Shown: positions 36,596 to 50,384 of the stretch, one piece after another
Position numbering within the stretch: the first letter of the stretch is position 1
Layout of the letters: every line of letters begins with the position of its first letter
Source: Neoechinorhynchus agilis
Taxonomy: Eukaryota > Animalia > Acanthocephala
DNA: 64,000 nucleotides
Reading direction: 5' to 3'
NCBI GenBank assembly: GCA_051530055.1
Contig: CM121341.1
Location: 7,108,784-7,172,783, forward strand
Made by a program: the position numbers and the translations under genes
The notes under the pieces: model-generated
Database searches by the model: none
What the model was told of the DNA's origin: nothing
What the model saw: the letters and a program-made list of their open reading frames with translations, nothing else

Positions 36596-38289
36596 TTCTT
36601 TGTCCTGATATCCACACGAATATTTTTTGTGGTGCTTTGCCAGCTCTCATGTGTACCTGAAGATGTTATTCACCTCGTATCCACATCCAAAAAATAACCC
36701 TCAGCCCACGTATTTGAGCTCTCCTACCTTAAAACCTAATCGGGTTTTTTTAACGCGATCTACCTGCTATTAAATGGAAGATCGACGATCCCACCTCTCA
36801 AATCTTTTCTTAAATACCAGTGTAATGTTTCCACTAAAATAGATACGTTCACATTTCCTTGTCTTTAACGATTAATTTCTCACGTCTCATCTGCTTTCCC
36901 GGGATATTCCGGTTGTAGTTCTAACGTATTTATAAAGAAACCTGCTTAAAGAGGTAGACAGGGGCGCAAACACATTATCCGGGTAGCGGAAACATTGATA
37001 AATCTCCCCGTGGATCATTTCGTGAACTTAACTTTTACTTTTGATGGAAACTTTGTGAACGAAGCATGTATTCTTTATTTAAAATGAAAAAAAATTCATT
37101 TAGGATTAAAAGTGAAAAAGAGAGATGTTAGAAGCTCAATTTTTTAAGATTTGGTAGTCCTAGTGTAAACGTGCGCTCATAAAAGTCACGTAAATGACCG
37201 AAAAAGCCGAGAAAAGTTTATAATCGTGGATAAATCTTGTCTTTGGTTTGGCAGCTATTACCATGGCATATGGTAGGAATTCTGCAAAAAGCATAGAGAT
37301 TATCAAGCGGATAAATGGAATTCTGACATTAATAGACACTATTTTCTGCTTGGTTAAACATTTTTTCAATTACGTCGAGAACTAAGGAGCTTCATTCAGC
37401 TCATTGTATTTAGCTTGGATACAAGAAACTTTGAAGAAAAATAAATCCTCTTTTTTTTGCTTGTCCTTCTATAACTTGCAATAACTTCGATCTTCTTCTG
37501 ATGGTTCTTGGCGACATTCAGCGATCATCGAGCAAAATGGCACTATTTCAAATAACCCTTTACGGATGACAATTAAATGGGATTGTTTCGTTGTCGTTTG
37601 AACTTAATCTGCAAAGCGAAATAATTTATGGTGTAGGGAAATGTCGCACTTGTAGATTCTGTTATTAGTGCGAATCCAGGGCAGTCGACTCCTTTCAGAT
37701 CTCAAAAAAGGTTAAATTTGCTTCTTATCTTAATGTTTTTTTCCGGTGAGCTTTCATCGCTTGCTTTAATCATCCGTTTAGTTTACCTCTAATCAATTTT
37801 ACGATTAAGCCACATTCAATCGACACTTTTGTTCTTCGTGTCGAAATTTTACAGCATTTTTTAGTCGGAAAATCGATTTAAAATTTCGGTGATACTTGTT
37901 TTATTGGTGAAGTGTCATTAGATTTGCGATGTAGACTTTAGATGATATTTCTTAGGCGGAAAATGTTATCGGAAACTTGGAGAAAGGTGAATTAATGGCG
38001 CAACACTAATTTCTTTATGTTGACACATGAAATTGCAAAAAATCATTTATTGATTTATAAATCACCAAATATGCCACCACATCACAATTAAGTATTTTAA
38101 TAAGTTTAACTATCCTACTTGCAATTCCAAAACGTTTTAAATTGAAAAATTAAGCTTTGGACAAACAGCGATTTTCGAACTCTCTTTTTATTTCTTTTTT
38201 TATTGATATGAATTAGCAATTTCGGCAGTCGGAGAAACTTTGTTTTTTACATCGGAGAAGTGATGTTACCACATAAACTCTGATGAAAT

Positions 38290-38400
38290 GTTAAGAGTTC
38301 GTACATTTCCCCGGATACCAAAGGAGACGAAATATCTCGTTGAAGGGAATAAACTCACTGATAAGTCCCGCCTCGGATCCGGAGATATGTGCGAGAAAAT
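38290..38400 (+). mobile_element. Diverged second copy of the SINE-like family
   Basis: GACGAAATATCTCGTTGAAGGGA (38326-38348) matches the reverse complement of 18588-18610 at 22 of 23 positions. It is followed by CTCAC...AGTCCCGC, as in the first copy. Confidence 0.65.
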
Positions 38401-39057
38401 CAGCTGACAATGCAACAAATGATCTCTTCTTATTGTAAAGAAATTATTCATTATAGTTCCAGTTTCAATTAGCGATGTTTGGTTCAGAAATAGATTTATA
38501 TTGAATTTTTTTTAACGTCGTAAACACTTACAAACAATTGACTAAAGAAGGCCAACGAAAAGGCCGAAAATTTTTTCAATATAATTCTATTTCTTAATCA
38601 AACATCGATAATTAAAACATAGACTCTCGTCTTAATCGTTGCGCTCAATATCCTAGCGCAAAATATTTGCGTTAAGTGCAACTTAAAGAATGAAAGTTCT
38701 TGTTATTTCCGATCGATGAGCACCGAACCAATTTCCAATAATAGCAAATTTTCTTACAGTATGTTAAGTATGACAGCGATTCGAATAAAACTGGTTACAT
38801 GAAACCCATCTCCATCACCACTTTTCTCTTTGCAAAATTGATGTAAATCGTGTATGAAATTGCATATACAAGGTTTCATGCTGAAACTGATTTAAGAATT
38901 TTTATATTTTCGAATCAATGAAGCATATTTCACAGATCTTTTTTAAAGTGTTTCAACTGGATGCACTACGGATAAAAAATTAAGTTTCAATTAACCCGTA
39001 GACTTTTTGTTCTTCGACAAATCTTTCACATAATTGAGAAGACACTAAAATAAGCGC

Positions 39058-39388
39058 TTACAACATTTCACACAAATCCCTAAAAACCTCTGCCGTTTTG
39101 TTAGCTTCTTTAAACATATTGTGATCCGTCTTTAAGTACTCCAATTGGTCATTAATCTCACCGAGTGATATTTGGCATGATTTTATCCTTTGACGGGTAT
39201 CTTCGATCTCCGGACTTGATGTTTCGATGTGTTCCTGTACACTCGTTAGGAAGATTAATTGCATAGCCAAATACCTGGATCCGCTCGAATGCAGTTATAG
39301 GCTCCCGTAGTATCAATGATACTGTCTTTGAGATGGTCGCTACGGACGCTTTTGATGAATAACGCAGGGATGTTTGAGAATTGGACAT
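39058..39388 (-). CDS. BORCS8: BLOC-1-related complex subunit 8 (MEF2BNB family), 2 exons
   Basis: Splicing a 40-nt GT-AG intron (39235-39274) gives MSNSQ...ISKTVSLILREPITAFERIQEHIETSSPEIEDTRQRIKSCQISLGEINDQLEY. This aligns with BORCS8 EPSVALYRLQEHVRRSLPEL...VEY. Confidence 0.8.
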
Positions 39389-40925
39389 CGTCGATTAGCT
39401 TTAGAGATTCTTCAATCGGTCAAGGCATACTTAAAATGGATCAAACCGAGCAAGATTTTCAATCAGTGGTCGGGTTTCCTAAACATAGCTTTAAAAAATG
39501 AATCAGTCAGTTACACTTTTTTTAACTATAATTGAGAACAAATCAGCAATGCAGGGATTGAGTAACCTCAATCTTTATAGAAATAGTTGGGTTCTTATAT
39601 TTACTTTCAAGCCTTGGTTAAATTCGACACAAATTATCCCATTTTTTGTGTTAAGCTTAAAATTATTTCCACAACTAAGACTATAATTGGATAATTCTGG
39701 AAAGGATAAAACCTTTTTGTCGTTAAAATATAAGTTCCTAGAAAGAAAGGAATTGTGAGCGTTATTCTGAACCATGAAACAACAATTTCCATAACTTTCG
39801 TCTCGTTGCTAATAAATCTAAGGATAATCTGATCATATCGATGACCGGATGTTTTTTATAGATAAATTTTTTTCTGGCGCGAAGAAAATATTTTCAAAGC
39901 ACAATATTGTGCCTTCGAAAAATCGGATTTTAAAATCATTTTAATTTCTTCGCGCTAGAAAACAACCTATTTATGAACAATTTAATCTTTAAGCATTTTT
40001 TATGATGAAAGGAAGTCAACTTTAAGTGCTATTAGATTCGAGGACTCGATATCTTAAAGGTCAGATAGTCATATCTTAGATTAGCTTATCTGTTTATGCT
40101 TCTGGCCGCAAGCTGGTCAGTAGAACTTTTGCTTCTAGAATTTGCAAAAAACTAATGCTTATGTTCAATCACAAGTGTTTAATAGTGGTCAGAATTCGAT
40201 TATGAAAAGACAAGGTGAGACCATGCTAGGCGATGGCTGCATCCAATGAAATTTCGAGACTGTATCAAAATTAAAGAGAACACTGAAGATTTTTTTGACG
40301 CACTTTGCGAAATAAAAATATCGTTGTGTAGTCGTCAATTACTTTTTTTATTTTAAATTGTTGTCGATCTTATTATTTATCGACATTTGCATACTGTTTT
40401 ATGTGTTAATTTCGATCTTAAATTTTTTTCAGACTATTATTTACCAAATGCGTTTCGACACAAAAAATTCCGTCCAATTAGACGTGCGCATATTTAAGGC
40501 ACGAGCGTTAATTGGTTTAATTTACTTCGAACTTATCAAACTTTCATTTCCTTTAATTTTTTTTACAATAATATCCTATGTTTTAATTTTTTTTGATTCA
40601 TAATAAAATTTCGAATACTATTGGCGCAATTATGGTATTTTAATATGCAATTTACAATTTTCATCATTTCTGCCATAGAAATTCAGCTCAATTTTTACTT
40701 TCAAAACTATAATAATGTTGATTTTGTGAAATTAAAATCTATACACCAAATTCGCGCTGTTAGGAGGACGTAAAAAAATTTTTGGTGCTGGTGGAATAAA
40801 TAAAATTCAATTAATTGTGTGCAGCCAATCAAATAATAGAAACTTTTGGGCAGGCCAGCCGCGCTGCTGGCCCTATTTATTTCTCATAATTGAGCTAAAA
40901 AATTTACAATCGAACAGCTGAAATG

Positions 40926-42881
40926 TTACTCGACTACATTTCCTTCCGCGTCTTCTTGATTGTCATCGTTCTCATCTGTGATATCATATTCTTCGTTGCA
41001 GCTTTCCTGATTTTCCTTGTCGCCGAAACTTTCAGACCTTTGCATGAAAGTTTGAGAGGATGATTCCGAGCTGGATTCGCGTCGTTCAACAATAAGCACG
41101 GGTTGAATTTCTGCATTTGGATGTGAGTTTACATCGTTGCAACTAACGTCGTTTTCCGTTTTAATTTTATTATTCCCATCACTTTGTTCTTGAAGATTTC
41201 CTCCGTCAAATTCATGCCAAATTTCGTCTTTTTCTTCTTTGATGTCTACATCACAGTTTAAGTTTTCATCATCCGAATGCAGTTCCAGTTTAGCGATTTT
41301 TGCATTGCTATGATGCGATTGATCATCATCATCATCATCATCATTGTCTTCGATTGGTTCCATTTTAATACTCTGTGAGTGCTGCGCTTGACTGGGTAAT
41401 ACGTCGTTCAAGTAAGCAGTGATACTCTGTGATTGCGTCATATTGGAGAAGGCAAACATATCGGGTTGTCTTAGATTCTCAAGTGGAACTGTAGTGTTCA
41501 TTGGATTGACTATTAACTCAGTCGACAATCTACTAGAATTATTAAATGCGTTGGTATTAAGCGCTTGAGATACAAGTGATTCTTCGTGTTCTTTTTTGCA
41601 AGAAGTTGACTGACGATTGGGAACAATTGCTGAGGCGACGTCGGCGGCTTCTACACTTGACAGTTTGTGTGCTTTTATAAGATGAGTTCGTAAAAAATAC
41701 TTGTTGCATAATTCCTTATCACAAGTAGGACAGTTAACCCGCGTCTGAGCCAAGGACCTATTTCTTTGTTTTGAATTTGTCTTAGGTGTCGCCGTTTGCG
41801 AATTCAAAGACGGTCGTGTTTGAGTTAGACGGTGAGCATCTTCGTCGCTTAATCGATGAACCTTTGAGTAGTGGTTCCTAAGAAAGTATTTTGTGCACAA
41901 TTGTTTACGGCAAGCAGTACAATATGCCGACAAGGTGATTCCACTTGCCTTTAACTTCTCCCGTTCCTCCTCGCTTAATTCCGGAATAACATCCGGAGGT
42001 CGGTTATCTACAACAGCGGGCTTCTCGGTGCTTTCAGCACTTGTTTCCATTTCCGATGTCATTCCAGTGATATTCAAACCCATGGTTTCTTGAAAACTAC
42101 TATTTTGAACGTTCCCTGGCAAGTCAGGCGTAGCTGAATTGAACATCCCTGCAGCTTGCACGACTCTAAGAAAGTCGAGGATTTCATTGGGTATTGGAAA
42201 TATTTGTCTATATTGCGCAAACATTACACTTTTTAGTAGTTCAAGTAGCATGCCGAACTGTGTTGCTTCCGCGTATTCTGGATTCTGGCGTAAAGCGTCA
42301 GTTGATCTTAGGATTTGTTGACCCAGCGCTGTAATTATATCATTGGGAAGAGACGACCTGAGGTAACTCTCCAAATTATTAGGATTCGAGAGAGTTGGCA
42401 CTTCATCTGTAACCAATGTTTGAGATTGATCTTCTACGCACGTAGGCAGCGGGATAGACGGTTTACTTTGTTGTTCCTGTGGTTGAGCGACTTCATGATT
42501 GCTGTTGACGTTATCTACTTCTTCATCGGCATAATCATCGAATATGCCGTGCATGTCGCTTTTGTGCTTCTAAATTTTTAAATTGTCTTAAAGAATGAAT
42601 TGTGCGCAAAAAAAGAAACTTACCCTCAAATAATATTTGTTGCATAAATTACGCTCACATATGTTACAAAAAACTTCTTGCTTGCTTGAAGTGCTTTTAC
42701 GACTTTCTCGGCTTGTTTCATGATCTAGGCTGTTCGTCCGTTCTTGTCCTAATCTCTCATCTAAACAATTGGGCTCATTCTCTTCTCGTAACGTTGGAGC
42801 AGCTATTGGCTGACTCAAATCCAAAGCTTCATTTTGGGCGTGAAGTTGAGGTGATTGCTCATTATCACTACTTCTGTTCAT
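40926..42881 (-). CDS. C2H2 zinc-finger protein with three dispersed C..C.(K/R).LC(N/T)KY(F/Y)LR.H....H fingers and an acidic tail
   Basis: A 54-nt intron (42570-42623) completes finger 1 (CNICERNLCNKYYLR|KHKSDMH). Fingers 2 and 3 lie in the 542-aa ORF. An ALDLS CtBP-like motif sits near the N-terminus. A possible short upstream exon MMSSRKQTCPNR lies at about 43490-43515. Confidence 0.85.
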
Positions 42882-45800
42882 TCTGATAATTCTAAAAAAA
42901 GTCACGAAGGTGTTAAAGTTAAATTCAAAAAAAATATGAAAAGTTTTAAGACGCGTTAAACGTGGATTTTTAACTCGGTGACTAAGCGCGTTTCACTCGA
43001 CTTTTTTTATGCATTTAACTAGGCGCTTAAAAAATTATTTTAGTAAAAAAATTAGGAAAAATATCTTAAGATCAATCCATCAAATCAAGTGTCAGTCAAT
43101 CAAAGTGGCCGCTTCCAAAAGTGTCTTTTAGTCTTTAATTGATTAATGATATCGTGGGGAAAAGCGTAAAATTAAACAAATTAAAAAGGCATTATAAAAG
43201 ATTTTATCTAAAGCGATCAGTAGTTAAATTTCACGCTTCCAAGTGGTTTTGTCAAAATTTGATACCATTTAATTGGAAACTTGATTGATATTTATATTTC
43301 GCCCGATTGGTGTCCTCCAAGCGCACATGGCAGCAATGACAATCGCACAAGAGGCCGTCTGAATGGTCTGTGGGGATAAACACTAACATTTATTTAACAT
43401 TTTGAGGAGAGACTCGAGTTTGTAAATAGCATGAGGGTTTTTTAGTGGGCCGAAATTTTTTATAAGCATTAAAATTTACCTGTTAGGACAAGTTTGTTTT
43501 CTGGAACTCATCATCAAAATGGCTTGGTGTGTCTGAAAGTGAAGGAATATGGAGCGTTTTGAGAGGAAAATAGTGGAAGCGAGGGAATTTATACGACAAA
43601 AAAGTGCGGACTGCAGACTTTTGTGTCGGCAGCGAAAGTGCACTACGCTTTACGCTACTACAATTGGTGGGTTTTGTGTTGCATGATTCGAACAGTGTTG
43701 GCAGGCAAGGTGTGTGTGTTTGGTGCGAAAGCAGAAAAATGGTAGTAGGGTTTTGTTAGCTGCGGGTGTATGTAGGCGCATTTTACGTCAAGAGTCGAGA
43801 GATGGCGGAAATGCAGATAAAAAAAATTATTTTTTGTCACAGACCCTCGCAAGCTAATTGGTTTTTTTCTTCATGGAGGTCTACTAATTTTGTTCATTAC
43901 GAGAGAAAAAAAAAGATTTGTTAACACACACACATTCCTCACCAGGGGAAGGAGGCTGAAAGGAGATAGGCAAAGAATAGTCGACTTTACAGCTGCATCG
44001 GTAGAAACATAAATATCACTAGTCTCTCGCTAGCTAGATCTTACGAACACAGCCTGCACACAAAGTTCGTGCTCCATTTAAATCGAGATCTGACTGGTGC
44101 TGTCTGCCAAGACGTTGCTTTTATCGAGAGATCGCAATGTTAAATTAGTCCACTGAGGGCGCGACGCAGTGTGCTTTTAAGCGTGCGCACAACTAAAAAT
44201 TCAGCCAATCAGATTGTGCGCACAATTAAAGTTTTTTCTAAAAAGATTAATTTACTTTAAAATGCGCAATAAAGTGGTAATTACAGTGTGAAACTAGTAA
44301 ATCCAATTTCAAAAGTCACGTGGACAGCTGGAAGTTATAATAAAAAAAGAAAGACGGGGGAAATTTTAATAAATTAAACACTTTATAAGAACCTAATGAG
44401 AGCGTGAAATTATTCTTAATGAGCGGTTTTTATAATTGAATAAAAAAAGAAGCGTGTGTTCATCATGGTAAGAAACTCTAGCAATATAAATACTGACTTG
44501 TTTTTACGCCTTGTGTTATCTAATACTACAATTATTTGTTTACCCATGACATCTTCTCCAGGTCTTATTTTTTGCTTATTGGTAATTGGGGTGTGAGCCC
44601 GTTGTCACGTTTGGTCGGAAACATATTTTTGCGACGAAACGAATCAGTTTTCGTTGAAGCGTCCTATCAGCGCGCGCGCTTAACAGATTCCATTAAATTT
44701 CACACGATTCTGCTATCGATCAAAACTGAGATTGATTGGTATTTCTTCGCTGCTAAGCAGACATCACCAATCAACTAGGCAGACATTTCGGCATTTAAGT
44801 AAACATCAGGGACCGATTAGGCGTAGCTGGACAGATTATATGTAGTAGCACACCTGGACAAAAGCAGGGGAATAGTGAATTGTCCATTACACGGTTACTT
44901 GAAATGTTTGGAATTATTGCAAAGATCATGTCATTCCATAAATGCAAATCCTGGATTATGTTCGGGTCAATTGGAGAAATATATTTCCCTTATGCATTAG
45001 AAATTCCTTATTGACTCGGGGAAACAGCGTTATTTAATCATTGAAACGGTCAATAATTAAATTAAAACGGTTCCTCTTTAACATAATGTATTTTTAACAA
45101 TTCAAACCGTCGCCCTGCCAGCGAACAAAAAAAATTAATTTAACCGCTGACGACTTCTAAATAATACTTCTCAAATATCAACACCAAAATCCTTTAGACC
45201 ATTTCGAATAACATCGATGGGGTCGAGGGGAAACAGAAATCACGATTTCGCTTTATGTTCGATAAATGTTCTCACAAGGCGTAATAAAGAAATAAACTAA
45301 CTCGATAATATACCTTTAGGTTGTTTACCCTAAGGGTTTTAGATTGGTTTATGTGTTTTGGGTTTACTGAATACTATCCCTTACCTATTTAAAAGGATTC
45401 TTGTATTACAAATAGGAAAATTAAAAATCAGTCCAAGTGGTAGAGTTGAATCTTTTCACTCGCTCCGTAATGGTTCGACAGAGCTAAAAATTTTCGAAAA
45501 CGTAATGCGTTGTTTGCGAGAAAAATGGAATTAAACGAGAAAAATTCGAAAGGTTGACGTGAGATCCATGGGGATGGCAACATCCCATACAGAAATGAAA
45601 CGTACGTCTTAGTCGTTTTGATTCTAAGAGATGAAAATTACAGGTAGTAGAACAGTGACACACCGAATGCGATCATCCATCAGAAAAAACATGAAATCCA
45701 CAAATTTAGAAAAAAATTGAAGCCGAATATGAAGAAGATTGAACAATTTTCAGGGATGATACTAACCGAAAAAGCGGTGGTCTTTTTTGCCTTAAGTTTT

Positions 45801-48008
45801 TTGGAAAAGGTAAATGCATAATGTCAAGTGGTCTTGGTTTTTTAAACGAAATAATGTATCTTTTCAAAAAAAATAGGCTTGATACATCTAGCAATAGTTT
45901 TATTTTTGACTGTTTTTTTCCAAGGGGGTGTGAAAAACAAATATTATTTTCGTTGACGATTGCTGAAAAATCGCAAATATTGTTTTGTTTATTTTTAAAC
46001 ATTCTTTATTTAGAAAAATCCTTTGTTTTCAAATCGAAGCTGACTTTTATATTTTATCACGATGCTTTCCATGTCGTGTGCGTCCGGTTTCGTAGTGTTC
46101 ACGTAAACCTCCACTGGTTGTTTTGAGCCTTTATAAAATGTTGAAAATTCATTATTTGGCACAATAATTAGGTTAGTGAATAATGCTAAAACAACATATT
46201 GACCTTGTTTTGAAACAAGCGTCCCTGAAAGGAATGCTAAACTGTTTATATCCAATTTGTTCCCCTTAATGCATTTCGATTGATTCCTTATTGGCTATAA
46301 GTCTGCCAATTAAGTTTGCTTGACCTCGGCATCCATGCGAATGTTGCAAGGATGCGTGGAATAGCAAAGAAATCAAATACGAGAAAACAATAATATTTTA
46401 ACTTATGGATGATTTATTTCAAATTGACAAATGTCTAACACACCAACAGCGGATTCATTGTGCTGGAATCGATTTTATTTTCTTTACAAACAACCAAAGG
46501 TATTGCGTTGCTTTTAGAAAAACGGATCTTGTTGACAGATGGTATCACATGGATCGCATTAGCATGAAATTCGAGTTTTCATAGGCCGATAGTCCGAATT
46601 GATAGATAAATTACCGTTACGGATTGTGAATATAAGGTCATCAGATGATCTTCTATCGCAGAAATTTGGTTCCATCAATCGCAGGCCAGAACGAGCAATG
46701 CAAACTACATCATTTAGTCCTTCTCACAGTCACAAGAGCAAATATAACCTTTTAATAAGCGATCTCTGCGACTCTTGTCTATCAAATGAAAACATCGCCA
46801 ATTGAGTACAGGGCATTTCTTATCTTTAGTGTTTGTAAATCTTTGCGATCGCTAATACAGTGCAAATAAATACGATTATTCTTGTCTAATTGCTCACCTG
46901 GTTTCACTAATATCTAAAAAGCGTTGAATCAGTTCATCTTCATTATATAATTTTTATAATTAATTGTAAACAGCATCTGATTGCTTTTTGACATTATTGG
47001 ATTTTAAAGTTTTTTGCAAAATTTTTTGAGCCATTAATGTTTTTAGGAACACAAAACTGGAATTAATCGAATAACACATTCTAAATAATTCCGCGTTTTA
47101 TTGTAAGGAGCTCTGAACATAGTGAATTCGTAAACAGATAAGAGCTTTTTTTGTTAGATGTAAAATATTTCAAAAATTTCCATTAAGTTTGCCGGGTTTG
47201 AAACATCATTTTAGAACCTTCAATTTAGTAGTAGGCTCAAATATTGTAGATAAGACTTTAAGAGTACACTACTTTACTGTCCTTGTTTCAAGAATTTCTG
47301 TTTGTAAGATATCATTGGAGATAGGGCAAAAGCAAACGTCTGACATTGGATTAACGCATTTTCAGATCAAATTTTTTTTGCTTCATATACACAATAAAAA
47401 AACGTTGTAGATAAAATAGCATTTTTTCTTAAATACCAACAGTTTGAAATTAATATTCTAAAAACCGGGTATCGCAAATGAATAAGTCACGAATTCTTAA
47501 CCGTGCGATAGTTTTAAATTAGCATTTCCTCAATATGGGAGAGAAATCGTGGCGATAATTTATTAATTTATCGAGCGTAACCTTTGTAATTATGATAGCC
47601 CAGGGCATATGTAGAATATAAAGCAAAGGTTAAGTTGGAGATGGACGGTAATAATTCGTCCACTAGTTTCTTTGATCCATTTTGACAATGACTTTTCCGA
47701 AATTCGGATTAATTCCATTGGCCTTCTTTTAGAAAAGTTCTTGAGAATTTATTTTAGATTTACAAAAATCGGCGGATAGAACGGGTTTTTCGGCTTAAAA
47801 ACGACAAAATTAAAAAATAATCGTCTTTGACGAATTCGCCGCTCCATTTAAGATACAGAAATGATTGTTTAGATTACGGTAGAGCAACAGACAATACGGA
47901 AGGTTGCACTCTGACAAGTTCGCAAGTCGATTTTCCAACAAAGTTGTTCAAAATGTTTCGGTAAGATTAAACCAAAATTAAATCAATTTATTGGGGACGA
48001 CTATAATT

Positions 48009-48502
48009 TTATTTATTTGTAGATAGAATTCTAACAACGTCTTCGAATCTCGCATTTCCATCTCCGTCCACGTCCGCTGCCCTGATCAATTCGTCCACCT
48101 CCTCCGCTTTAAGTTTTTCTCCTAAAGACGTCATTGCGTGCTTCATTTCAAACATATCGATCATTCCGGTTCCCCTTTTATCGAATATTCTAAATGAAAC
48201 GTACAGTTTCACGGCTATTGAATAAGCGCACACCTTAAAGCTTCTCGGATTTCCTCAGCATTGTTCCTTTTACTTTGAGAAAAACTTTGAGCCAGTTTAG
48301 TGAATGTCGACAAATCAATCCGATCGCCTGATTTAGCGATCATTTGCTTCACGTCCATTTGCGAAGGACAGAGGCCATAAGATCTTAGCGCTGTACCGAT
48401 ATCTTGACCTTGAAGGAACCCGTCTCGGTCCTTATCGAAGTAAGTGAAAACTTCCTTGATATCTAAACCAGAACTCGAGGACATTACAGTAGATGGTTTC
48501 AT
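48009..48502 (-). CDS. Calmodulin-like/myosin light chain EF-hand protein, 2 exons
   Basis: IKEVFTYFDKDRDG...IGTALRSYGLCPS, then a 44-nt intron (48190-48233) giving EALR|IFDKRGTGMI, then LGEKL..EEVDELIRAADVDGDG. EF2 is degenerate. Confidence 0.9.
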
Positions 48503-48639
48503 CTCAAATTCAGTTATGCTGTCTTAGAATGTCGTGGGCGTATAAAGTGCGTTTTAAAACACATACCAAGAATGATTCATTTGAACGAGACAAAAGTACG
48601 TGCATTCTAAGTACCTTTCAAAAAAATTTTATTTCTAAT

Positions 48640-48830
48640 TTTTTTATAGCGAGAATTATCAAATATTTGATTGATAATTTTCGGCCTTCGCGTATTCCTT
48701 CTTCAGTCTGTTTTTTGAATGTGTAATTTCGGTTTAAAAACTTACAATCAGTGGACTATTGAAGGCCTACGCGAAGGTCGAAAATTATCAAATCAATCAC
48801 TTATTTGATCATTCGCTATAAAAAAAAGTA
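48640..48830. mobile_element. MITE with about 60-bp imperfect terminal inverted repeats
   Basis: TTTTTATAGCGAGAATTATCAAAT...GATAATTTTCGGCCTTCGCGTA pairs with TACGCGAAGGTCGAAAATTATC...ATTTGATCATTCGCTATAAAAA. Confidence 0.75.
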
Positions 48831-48949
48831 AATTACAATACTGTTATACGGATAAAATTTAGTTGCTTGAGAGTTCGACTGAATCTTAAATAAAATAATA
48901 GGAGAGAGAGGAGTTGAGTTTGAGCGATCTCTAAGCTCCTTCTACTAAA

Positions 48950-49820
48950 ATATCAACTATGTTTTCGGTCTTAAGTAACTTTTTCACCGAACCATTTAAT
49001 TGTACCACAAAATTATCTCTTTCATATTCTCATAATCAATAACTTCGTTGGATAGTGTGAACGTTTTCTTCATAATCTCAAAATCACGAATGATCGATTT
49101 CTCAGAACATTGTTTTTTAAAAAAATCTGAGTTGGAAAATCATGGTCCTTAACGTCAAAGATCTAAGCTCTGTTAAGAACACTATTGAGCACATCAAATA
49201 CTCCATCAACGTTTCCCACAATCTCGTTTCGGCAGTCATGGAACTACCACATAAATCCCTCGATGCGTTTCGATTTTCTACAATTTAACAACTATTAGAA
49301 CCCTTGGTTTGTTTTATCTAAAGGATCAGTAAAGTAACACACAACTCCCAATTGAATCCAATTTTTCCAATAATCACCACCGTCCGCAAAATCGGAGCTT
49401 CTATCCTCGGCTGTCGCTATCATGCTATCAACATTTCCTAGTAAAAAGATTTCGCTGACTTTTTTTTGCACAAATGTACCAACTTCACGAATCAATCAAA
49501 CCGAAAAAATTCGTTCTGCACTCACAAACAGTTAAAAAATTAAATTTCTAACGATTTAAATTGATGTCATTGATTGAATATGCACCAAAGGGCATTTGTA
49601 AGGTCAAAGCAACATAGACGGCATAATGTTCGATGAGATCTACTCGAATAAACATAGAATGACAAAAGCCAGTCCATTGGGAAATGCCTGGAGAAGGTCA
49701 CAATGAAAGCAAGAAACAAATGACATTGCCATTATCAAGACGCATTGATGAGTTGAAGTAATAAACATCGAGAATAAACAATGTGGTCTCATTCAGTTTA
49801 ATCCTTGATTTCAAATTGGA
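48950..49820 (-). pseudogene. Decayed coding sequence, possibly cadherin-repeat-like
   Basis: Stop-interrupted, protein-like translation with SINDINLN, IATAED, IFDVKDHDFP and LSNEVIDYENMKRDNFVV, loosely resembling the cadherin DxND, AxDxD and LDYE motifs. Confidence 0.3.
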
Positions 49821-50384
49821 CATTTTGTGAGTTTGAATAACTGCTACCGAATTTCTTTAATGTCGTTTAATCATTTTTAAAAATAAGACGATGCCGTCAA
49901 CGAAGAGAAATCTAAAATAGACTCTTTAAAACTTCTTTTTCCGTTAATTAATCGCATTATAAATACAGAAAAAATGTTTCAACTTTTAAATATTACAAAT
50001 ATGAATTTCATTTGCAAATAAGACATACACTTTTCTATCCCAAAATAATCGATTTGACTGATATTCACATTTATTATTGAATTAAACATATCCGTAGTCG
50101 ACTTAATCCTAAACAATCTTAATCAAAAATTAATCGATTTACTTACTTATAATCTTGACTTAATTCTATTTTACAAAGATATTCTTGAATCGAGTTTCCG
50201 TTCTTTATTTGTTACATCGAATTCCAGTGGTGGATTTTTTTATGTGTAAAATCCCACACTGAGGTTTCCTGCGACCTTGAATCGAATAAAAAAGTGATAT
50301 AAAAAACCGATAAGTTTTCAATCCGAACAAGTTTAAGTGACCCTTTTCACAAAATAAAATTTAAACTGAACCTCCTTTTCTTAG

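Noticed and set aside
45706-46860. Protein-like minus-strand fragments (PVEVYVN...)
   Set aside because: Possibly a decayed gene, but no family motif is strong enough to name.
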